Part shown: positions 1 through 11,361 of the stretch, piece after piece
Numbering within the stretch: the first letter of the stretch is position 1
Layout of the letters: every line of letters starts with the position of its first letter
Assembly (NCBI GenBank): GCA_051362555.1
Contig: CM120642.1
Coordinates: forward strand, 30,070,001 to 30,134,000
Reading direction: 5' to 3'
DNA from: Lingula anatina
Lineage: Eukaryota > Animalia > Brachiopoda
DNA length: 64,000 nt
Position numbers and translations under genes: made by a program
Notes under the pieces: model-generated
Databases searched by the model: none
The model's input: only the letters and a program-made list of their open reading frames with translations
Told to the model about the DNA's origin: nothing

Positions 1-124
1 GTTTTTTTGGTTAAATACAGATAAAAATGAGAGTGGCAAGGGATACATGATTGTATAAATAGTATGTTAGAATAAAAAAGGAACACTTTTATTTCTTAAA
101 TTACATATTTTGTCCTTTTTAAAG

Positions 125-1129
125 GGGAAAGGGGAAATAGGCGAGTTGATCCATCAGAACTGATGTTCACAAAGAAAAATTTGAAAAAAGTAGATCTAAA
201 CCAGGGACGCAGAAGACAAGGTAATAAAGATGATTGGTGAATTGTCAGTGCAAAAAATATTTTTCTTTTTCACATATATTTGGTATTGCAGTTGATATAC
301 AGTGTACTTCTTTGTTTAAAGCTGTATGTACTAAGTTGTTTCAGTTGATGCTTATAGGCTGAGAGGACACGGCATGATATATATATCAATCATTCGATAA
401 ATTAAACATAAGTGTAGGTAATTTCTTGACATGACATTTCTACTTGTAGGCATCGGATTTAAAGAATTTTATGAAGATTTTAATCAAGCAGAGTACAAAA
501 AGTTTCCAGAAGAGGCCATCCACTATTTGCCAGTAGAATCAATTGTGGTAAGCAGGCCAGGGGATGATGGGTAGCTTTGATATGGGTCTCAATTTTCACT
601 TTTTGGCCATTGTACTTGGGGTTTTGGGTTAAAGTGGACATTGAAGTTATTTCTGAATGTTATTTTAGGATACCTACTGTAGTTATGTTTCAGAGTAAAT
701 ATACCATATACCTGATAGGCAAATACATATGCAGATCAGCCCTATGGTCTGTCCTATTTTACAGTGTAGTAATGTAAGTCTACTACATACTTTGACAAAT
801 AAGTTCAGATTGTTTGAATAGAAAATATGAAGATTTGGGTCGGTTTTGAAAAAAAAAAGTTATTTCTTTCATCTGTCAGTAATTTTGCTATAAATGCAAT
901 GTTTACATTTTGTATCTTGCAACTTTTCAGAAAGTAATAGAAAGAACTTTGCCCCCTCCCAGCATTCTTGACTTTAAAGGGTTAGATATGCTGACGGACT
1001 TCGTATTTGAGTACTTGATGCGGCGCAATGAAGAAGAGTCTTTGGAAGCAGCATTCACAGTCACCGCAATTGATTGTAGTGGTATGATGATTTTTATCAC
1101 TCACTTACTGTTAACTCTTTATTTATTTC

Positions 1130-1198
<69 letters not shown>

Positions 1199-4100
1199 TT
1201 TATTTTATTTTTTTTTTTTTTTTGAAAAATATACCTTCTTGGGTGAACCCCACTTGTTCCTTAAAATCATGTTCTTTTTATGACTTACAAAACAATCCTG
1301 GGAAAATTCATTTATTTAGTGTTCAAATTTAGAAAGTTATTGTGCTAGGTTCACATTTGGAAGAGACCAGTGATTAGCAAAGTTTATAGGGAAAATCATT
1401 TCTTTTTTATTGTTCTTTTTTTATTAATTGAATCATTAATTTGTCATTATAGTCTTTTGACTGATGTATGATATATGCTAATTTTAATTTTAATAAACCC
1501 ATGTGAGTGAGTGCCTTTTTTAAAATTCACTGAGAATAAAAATAATGTTAAAGCATTTGATGATGGAAGTTTAATCTAAATCCACTACATATTCACTCTT
1601 AAAAATCAAACATTTTATTCAAGTCAGTGATATATATAATACTTTGCATTTTTCACAGCAGAGCTTAGCATTGTTTGAATCTAACTAATACTACTAAAAA
1701 AATATATTTTTTAATTTCACTGTTCTCCAAAAATATTTGGCTTTAAAGTAGTATATGAGCATAAGCAAACACTTACAACAGTTGATTGATCTTTCAAAAG
1801 ATACACAAAGTAACAACTATTGTTTAATATAAATTAATAATTTTATTTTCTAGGTTGCAGATATCTTACTGATGAGGGTATTTTGCGTATGGTCCACACA
1901 TTCAAGTATCTCAAAGAGGTAAGATAAGTGATTTTTTGTAGACATGGCCCATTGGGGAAAACTTTGAAGATACTGAAGGTCTGTTGGACCTACACTAAGT
2001 CTTACTACATGTACTACAAATAAGAAATCTCCCCATTCAGTGTTGGAGCATTATATGTCCGTTAGGCTATGTTTAACACTGCTTTTTTTCTCAGTGGCTG
2101 ATGTGAAAATAGTGTATCTCATCATCCAAAGCTGTTTTTTTTTCAATATATTATTTTGAAATAAACTAACTAACAGTGTATTGTTTCTGCTTTGTATTTA
2201 ACTGACTCATTTAAATTTTACATAATTTAGGTTTTTATGTACAGACACAGATGTGTCTGTACATATAGCCATCATCTGCGTCTGTCGTCGCCGTCGTCGC
2301 CGTGCACTTTTACCGATAACACGATAAGTGGAAAACCATTTTACGTTTTGACTTGAAACTTGCAGAACTGATGAATATTCATAATACGCAGGTCAAGTTC
2401 GAAAATCAGCATGATCGGGTCACTTTTAGGGAATTTATGCTGTTTTTTCACTTTTTTCAGCATATATGCAGCACCGATAACACGATAAGTGGAAAACCAT
2501 TTTACCTTTTGACTTGAAACTTACAGAACTGATGAATATTCATAATACGCAGGTCAAGTTCGAAAATCAGCATGATCGGGCCACTTTTAGGGAATTTATG
2601 CTGTTTTTTCACTTTTTTCAGCATATTTGCAGCACCAATAACACGATAAGTGGAAAACCATTTTACCTTTTGACTTGAAACTTACAGAACTGATGAATAT
2701 TCATAATACGCAGGTCAAGTTCGAAAATCAGCATGATTGGGCCATTTTTAGGGAATTTATGCTGTTTTTTCACTATTTTCAATATAAATACAACACTGAT
2801 AACACAATATAAGAAAAACGGATTGGCCAATTGTAATTATACTCACAGGAGTGGTCAATCTTACTAAAACGCAGGTTGAGTTTGAAAATCAGCATAATCG
2901 GGCCATTATTTTAGAAGTTATACTGTTTTTCACATTTCCTCAGCTTCAATTATTAGGCATGTTAGCAGTCTCATTATTTAACTAATAAGATGCCTAAAAG
3001 TGTTTGTTTGATATTTCCTGCATCTTTACAACATTGTTAGTTGATTATGTAAAAAACATGGTAAACTTGTTATCATGTATTGTGTAATAAAGTGTCAAAA
3101 ATGGAAATAAACTCATATCATTGCAGTTTGTCAGATTCAATCATCCACTATGTTCAGAATCTCAGAATGGAGGAAATTGGACATTTAACACTGTTCTATT
3201 GATACTTTTCCCATCTCATCAATTTTCTTAGTTGGTCATATAAAATGGCAGTAAAATGTTTATTTTGTTTTATGTTAAAAAAGTGTTAAAAATGGAAATA
3301 AACCCATTTCAGAACAGTGCTGTCTTGTTTACATTTTGGCATTTTCAAGAAGTGACTTTGAAGTTCCATGGGCCTGAAGACCTTTGCTAGTCACATTTTC
3401 TGAATATCTGTGAAACAAATATTTTATAATTAAAAATTGATGGTCATTAAGCTGTTAAACATTATGTAATATTGCATCAAAATTTGAAGAAACCCCTATT
3501 TTGGGCACTGCTTCCATGATGACCATTTAAGGAAAATCATGTCACTTACTGTTCTCAAACTTACAGGAAAGAAACATGGGACTAAAATACAGCTTCAGTA
3601 GGCAATGCAGTCTGTTTGGTATTTTTATTTATTTATTTATTTTTTTTGGCAGTTAAACAGTTTTTTGTGAAAATTTAATTTTTCACATATTGGCATTTTC
3701 AAGGTGTGACTTTAAAGTTCCATGATCTTGAAGACTTTTGCTTGTCACATTTTCTGAATGTCCATGTTACTAATATTTTATTAATAACATTTGATTGTCA
3801 TTATGCTGTTAAACATTATGTAATGTTGCATCAAAATTTGAAGAAACCCCTATTTTGGGCACTGCTCCTATGCTGACCATTTAAGGGAAATCATGTCACT
3901 TACTGTTCTCAAACTTACAGGAAAGAAACATGGGTCTAACATACAGCTTCAATAGGCAACGCAGTCTGTTTGGTAAATTTTTCTGGCAATTTAACAGTTT
4001 TTTGTGAAAATTTAATTTTTCACTTATTTGCATCTTTATTTTCTGTTCTTTGTCTGTACATTTGACAGCTTTGCTGCCTTGTTTAATATTATAAATCTTA

Positions 4101-7100
4101 CCTTCAGGTTGTATTGGATGCCTGCCCTCTGCTCACAGAGATGTCTTTACTCTACCTGCTTGACCTCGAAGAAATAGAGGTCATCTCTATGAAAGCCACG
4201 GCAGTGTCCGTGGTCACCTTCAGTCTCAAGGACCACCCACAGTTGAAACATGTGAACTTGGAGGGATGCCCTTTACACACACCCTTTCCAAGCAATCGGG
4301 GCATTCTTCACAGCATTACAAGTGGGGACATTGGAAGAGAATCAGAGTTAAGAGGTAAATAGAAAGTTAGAAGTGAATGGATGAAAAAATAAATTGATGG
4401 ATGAATGAATGAATGAATGAATGAATGAATAAATGAATGAATGAATGAATGAATGAATAAATGAATGAATGAATGAGGGATGGATAGATTGATGGGTGGA
4501 TGGGGTCAGATGGACAATGTCTAAGATATTTATACAAATTAACAATTTACATAAATTATATTTATTTACTCTCTTTCTTTTTAACAATGTTTTACATTTT
4601 GTGGTTATTATAAAAATAGTCAAAATTGCATCATTCTAGTAATTAATTGGTTCACTGGTCCTCATAGGTTATCTGAGAGAGCTGACTGCAAATCACAAAG
4701 TGATGATGAATATGGTTGTCCTGAATATGTACACACCGTTTGGTTTTACACACTGGCTGGAAACTGGGGAGAAAAAAGAAAATCAGGAGCCATTCCACTA
4801 TCTGCCAGCCTGTGAAGTGAATTTTCCTATTAATACTCCTGATGGAAGGAGCTGGGATCATGCTAGTTATAACATTTTGGAGATAAGTGAAGGTTATCAG
4901 GTACAGTTTGTGTGGCTTTCAAACAGACATTTTTCATGATTTGAATAAATAAGAAATCTGTTTTTGTTTTGCATTTTATTTATTTATTTTTATTATTATT
5001 ATTTTATTTATTTTTTGTTATTGGTTTCCCACCTTAAGCAGCTCTCATTCTTTTTTGCATTTTTTTAAAAAATAGTAATTTTCACAAAAAAAGTACATTA
5101 TGGCATAGTACTACACAAAAGAATATTAGGGATTATAATTATGCACATTTCTGCCATTGACCAATTTTAGTAAACCACTTTATTCCTGCACCAAACCTGC
5201 TGGAGAAATTGAATTTACAATTAGAATCTGAAATAAAGCTTATTGATCTGCTTTGAGTGACAGGGTGGTTTTATTTGATTGACACTTCAGTTGACTGATT
5301 TATAGATAAAATAGTTGAATAGTTGAATACCCAACTACCAGATTCCGGGGTATGATAACACCTTGAAAAGGGGTAGTGTGGTCCAGTCTGCCGGTGAATT
5401 GGTGATCATTCGATGCTGAGTCTGGTAGTTGGGTAGGCCTGATAAATTTATTGATAAATTCAATAATTGTTTTTTTTTTTCTGATTCTAGGGATTTGAAC
5501 ATTTGTTTTTATCTGAGAGCAACCTTATAGTCATTCCGTTCCTGCTGTCCAAGTTCTCATCACAGGATGAGGTCCAGAAATGGATTTTGTCAAGGCACAT
5601 ACAGCTGAGCAAGTACAAGGTACAGATATGTACAGATGTATAATTGTTATTTATATATAAGCAGCATACACATATACGGTAGTGCACACCTTATTTCTGA
5701 TAATAAAATTTTGAAAAAGACAAAAAGAATTAGCATATTTTAGGAAATGGTTTGAAAAATTATTTATGTTCCAGAATGATTACGCATCCTAGCTTTTGTA
5801 ACATTCAATTACTTTCATCAGAATTTTGCTAAATATTATTTAATAGATGATAAAGTTATCTTGCTTCATTGATTTTTATTTTATTCATTTGTTATCTTGT
5901 CTCATTTTTTTCTTTGAGCAGCCTCTCCAAATTGTGTTTGCATGCATCTCGGATGGGAGAAAGGAAGAGAAGGACAAGCACCCAGATGATAGTGCTGTTG
6001 AAAAACTTTTTAGAAGTTGGTGGCCAGATGTGCTATTGGAAAAAGTCCTACAAGATGAAGAGTGAGTTATATGGAATTGTTTTATCTTCTTTTTACTGAA
6101 CAGTGGCACAGTTTGTGTTTAGTTTGAGCTCTGTTTTAAATTTTTCTACTTTAAATTTAGTCATTATTATGGAGGTACATGTTTTTGACTTTGATAGTTT
6201 TAATTTCCTTGTTTATTTACTTTTTAGTTAAATTTATTTATTTGTTGTTTTTATGATTGTTCTATTATTTCATTTTTTGTTGTTCTGTTAAATCAGATTT
6301 ATTTACTTACTTATATATTTATTGTAGTAATGACCCCACCTTCTGATTTCAGTTAAAATTAATTCTCATTATTGCACAAGTGATTCTCTTCTTTTTTTTT
6401 TTTTGCACAAAATAATTCATCATAATGCAATGGATATACTTAGTTTTAATCAAATATTGTGAACTCTATTTTTCATGAAGGTTTCTTCTAGCCCCCGGAA
6501 CTGTTCAGAACTTTAAATTCAGTTGCCAACAGGAACACATGGACTATGAAATCCTTCGTATGAACAGGGTGGCACCAAGCATCATTAATCTTAATCTTGA
6601 TGAAAAGGCAAGTGATAAAATACCAAGTGAAAATAAGTTGTTTCTAGGGCCCTTTCATCAAGAGAAGATAATTAATAGTAAGACTGACATTCATCACCAG
6701 CATTTCTGAAAATCATTATTGTAATCAAGTGATTTTTATTTGCTATTAAATGATAGGGGGTGTGCATTGGGCCTTTTTTTTCACATACGTAGTAACATTA
6801 TGAGATGCTTCTGCAAATTTTATTATGATATTCACTTTCATTTTCGTGAGTTTTAGTAATTATTATGACATTAACTCTATACAATTTAGCTCCCTCAAAT
6901 AATCTGTTACTTTAATTTTCTTCTTTAGGGATGTGTTCAACAATTCTGGAGAAAAATGGCGCAACTGGTCAGATTTTACCCACGGGTCAACTGGATTAGT
7001 TCCCCAGAGTTGATAGCAGTTACGGGTGCCGTTCAACGGTTAGGAACCAAGCAGGGAATATGGGCTTTCTCCGAGCTATATCAGGCATTGTTGGCAGATC

Positions 7101-10100
7101 TTGAGGGCTGTAAGTTGTCCAGTTCTGTAGAGGAGAAGTCGCCCAGTAGTGCCAAGATAGGAGAAGAAGAAGATACGCCCTTTGACACTGGCCCAACGTA
7201 CTGGCAATACCAGAAGGCCATTGAACGGATGTGCAAACAGGTAACTGAAGAACATCTCATGAGTTGAATTTGGTTTGAACAGTTGAATCTTTCTTTAAGA
7301 AGTGAAAATTTAAATTTAAAGTTACATTTGAATATCTCTCAAATAGATCGAGTATTGTGCATTTTAATACATTTTATTTATTTACAAATTTCGATTACTT
7401 ATATTTTAAGTAATTATAAAGGCATGTCTCTCTTCTTGTAGGGCCAGTGTCTGTATTTCCCTGATATGAGACATCAACCAGTTATCATAGATTTCTCCTG
7501 GCTGAAGACTGAACTCAACAAAATTGTCTCTCACGGTGACGGCAAGATCCCCTATGACCAAGAGAAGATGTCTGATACTAAGGTTTTTATATTTCCTAGT
7601 ATTGAAATTGGATTTCAGAATCTCAGGTTTGCCTATTTATGCCTTCATTGCAGTTATTTAAAGACCCAAGCTCTTTCACAATAGAGTTATGATCATAATA
7701 ATTATACCTCTCTTTAAATACTGTAGTAAAGTAATCATGAATAAACTTTACATTTAATTTTTCATTTTAGATGGCCATGCTTTTCAAATTACTGGAGAAA
7801 TGTGGAATTCTCATCCAAAGGCCACGACAGTATTTGCTGGTCCCTAAATTGCCAGCTGAACCAGATATACCAATGGTAAACTAAGGGCTTATTCCCAATG
7901 CAACTATTGTTCTACTTAGATCAATCCAATGCTGGGGGGACTCTCCCTGAATGCTATCTCATTAACATCTGAACACGCCTCTCCTGGCATTGATAAGAAT
8001 ACAGAAAAGCTGGTGATTATATGAGAATGTTGGAGACAAGAGGAGTCGTGGATTGATCTACTCAGAATGATAGTTTCACTGGGAATGACCCTTATGGTGA
8101 ATTATGGTTTATAGCTTTTAGTCTTTTTAGGATTTTTTCCTCAGGAGCTGTCCAAATATCTGAGATATTCTTGTATACTAGCAGTGTGCTACACTTAGTC
8201 TAGTTTGATGTGAAGGGTTCTTGTGATCATTGATAAAGTGGTTATAATATTTTTAGATAAATTCAGTAACAAATAGAAATTCTTTTCTTTCTCATGTTAA
8301 AAAGATTTTTAATATTGTATTGTTGGTATAAATAATAAAAACTGAGGCATGTCCATATGATTTGAGAAATAGTTATTAAGTGCTTAATATTATTCAGGAA
8401 TACTGCTGGTCAGACTGCCCAGATAGCAATGAAGTCCAGTTGTCTAAAGGCTGTGTGATCGTTGAAGATATCCCATTGGGGTTCTTTCCAGTGCTTCTCA
8501 GGTGATTTGGGCTCATTTTCAATGACACTATTGTTTTATGTAGATTGGTCCAATTCTGCATGGACTCTCGCTGAATGCAATCACATTAACAGATCAATTA
8601 TCATGCTGCCCCCTGGTGTTTAGTAGAATACTGAAAAATTGCTGAGTATGACAGTATGGTGGAAATAAAAGAAGGCATGTTAATTTAATGAACTGATTGT
8701 ATTAGCGGTAGCCCTGTGGAGTAGAATTGATCAGCATGGAGCAATAGTTTCTTTGGAAAATGAGCACTAAGACAGTCATGAAGCAAAAATCAATTTTCTT
8801 TTTTTTTCTTTTTTCCCCTACATTACCATAACATTATGCTCTATCTGAGACCATTATTGGCATTTTCAACTTAAGATATGTTAACCTTATTGTTAACCTT
8901 ATGCACAGAAACACAGGCCTGTTTGTGATGTAAAAATGCTCATATGCCATCAAAAGGCTTACGTTTTGTCCTCCCCAAATTTTTTTGCTATAATTTAACC
9001 AATATTCTGTGGCAGACAGTTTTGTTGTTGTAATGGCTCTGAATTTGTCCAATCAGGGAGTGCTCTAAAATTGCTGCGAATCCAGTGCTATGGCAAAATG
9101 GCCTCCTTGCACAGCATGGGGCAGTCACCTTACTGATTGAGAGAAGAGAAACCACAGCATACGAACTGGGTAAGAACTGCCAGATAACACCACTGTATCA
9201 TACCAGTTGTTTTCCTTCTCTTTTGCTGGGGTCAGCAGAATTTGGCTATTCTTGATAACTGCTGCCATCTAGTGACCTTTCCAAACCTTATCCATGTTTT
9301 CCATCTAAGATGGACACAGTGTGGAGATAAAATACTCTAGTTGATAATTTAAAATGTTTATTTTATTTGTAATGAATAATATTTGAAAAGCGTATATAAG
9401 TCACAATTTATGTTTAAACTTAGTCATTACTAAGTGCAGATATTACAATTGATATATGCTGATGTTGAATATGATGTGCGAATTTCATTTTAGAGGAGTT
9501 CTTGGAACCAATTAGATTGAAGACACCAATGAAAAAGGGACCGATGAAGAAAAAAGGGGGGAAGAAGAAAGCTCCAATGAAGAAAGCTCCAATAAAACAA
9601 GCTAACTCTAAACTGAAATCATCTCTGCTGGAAGATGATGATGATGATGATGAAATAGGTTAATTGTCATTGAACTTGATATACTGTTTGAAAGCATGTG
9701 TTTTTTGCTAGGCTTTTTGATTAAAATGTTGCAGTTGTTTAAATGACAGTGAAAGGGGAATGTTTGATTTATAACATAATGTACCAGAGTGTATTTAATA
9801 CTTTATTTATAAAAGGGTCTTATAAAAAATGGAATATTGCATATTTTGTGCATTAAAAGCAATGGAAAAAAATTAACATAATAAGGAACTCCTATAACCT
9901 TTAATGCCACATTTACAATTGACTAACTAATCCGCAGGTCAGATGTGGCTGACCCACTTGGAAATCTATTCAGTGTCTGTTAGGGTAGCCATATTTGATC
10001 CTCAGACTAGTTAGTCCACTGTTGTGAATGTGGCCTAAAACCATTTATTAAAAGGAATACATTAATTTTAGGATAATACTTTCATTGCAGAAGCTGAATT

Positions 10101-10433
10101 GAAGGCAAAGGCCCTACCAGAGCATACTAACATCATCTACATTGCGGTGCGTGCCACTAAAATGTTTGCAGAGGAAGAGGTGAGGAATCAGCATGCTCTG
10201 ATGTCCTGCCTGTGGTCTACACTCCTCACCTATGTCACCATAATGAAGTACGTGTGCCAGAAGTTCAAGGTGTATTGTCAGGTAGGGATGTTTTTTTGAA
10301 AATACTGTTTTTATAAAAGTATGACCTAATATTAGATTTTCCAAAGCATTGTTTTAATACTAAAATGACTGTGAGTAATTCCTGTTTATTTATTTATTTT
10401 TTTCAAAAGCTGTCAGAAACAAGTAGGGAATAT

Positions 10434-10464
<31 letters not shown>

Positions 10465-10871
10465 GTGAAAGTGAATGAAAATGTGTATGAAATATCATGC
10501 ATAATTTAAATATGTTTTATGCACTCAAGAAGTTGTAAAGACGTTACAACTTCTTGATGTTGTAATTTAGACCCCATAGAAGATAGTAGAATAAAAACAA
10601 CAGCAAATGGTTGCATGACATTATGTTGCTCTCACAGAATAGTTATTTATAAGACCAACAATCAAAGTTTAACATTCTGAAACAATTTTTTATGCAGTTT
10701 CTCACTCCCTGCCCACACAGTGAGACGTGTCACAGCAGGACGAAGTTCTACCAGCACAACATGTTGTCTAACAGAGACGCCACTAATGTAGTGTCCAGGC
10801 TGAAGTGTGCACAGTGCAAGAAGGACGTCAAGGTGGAGGAAATACTGGGGCCAAGTGAGTGGTGCACAGAT

Positions 10872-10922
<51 letters not shown>

Positions 10923-11293
10923 TTAAGATTGGGTCATTCTTGGGCTTTGGTGGAGTTAAAAGGCTGTTATAGTGATTTTTTTCCTTGGCCTTTTTTTCTT
11001 TGCTGCCTACCCGCCATATTCCTGTTTAAAAAGATTTAATTTAATTTACTTTGTTATTTTTTTTAAACTTAATTTTGAGAGATAAATATGTGTTTTCCAG
11101 ATGATTTCAGTTTTGTGAAGCCTGGAGGAATTGCCCCCACACATACCCTGGACCAGGTCAAGTTTGACACCAGCCCCCATGTAGACTACAGCAGGTGCTT
11201 TCTGTGTGGAAACTGTGCCTATGAGGGGATTGACTGCCCACAGAATGGAACACATGGAGAGACAATTTAGTATGTATTCAAAAAAAAAAAAAG

Positions 11294-11361
<68 letters not shown>

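Larger units (their letters stand above)
2232..4084 (+). mobile_element. Helentron-associated (HINE/DINE-1-like) non-autonomous element with internal tandem repeats
   Basis: 5' T-run, perfect 14-bp hairpin tatgtacagacaca/tgtgtctgtacata (2236-2265), GTC-type microsatellite, internal repeat arrays, 3' sub-terminal inverted repeat tgtctgtacat (4051-4061), small hairpin cagc-ttt-gctg, terminal CTTGTTT. Confidence 0.75.

Noticed and set aside
910-1332. Poly-Tyr, poly-IY, poly-N and SFIH-repeat ORFs (also 4348, 14580, 14624, 36406, 44143)
   Set aside because: Read-through into intronic or intergenic microsatellites.
2313-2935. Regularly spaced repeats as a CRISPR array
   Set aside because: Whole 161-bp units repeat with no unique spacers; eukaryotic intron; no cas genes.
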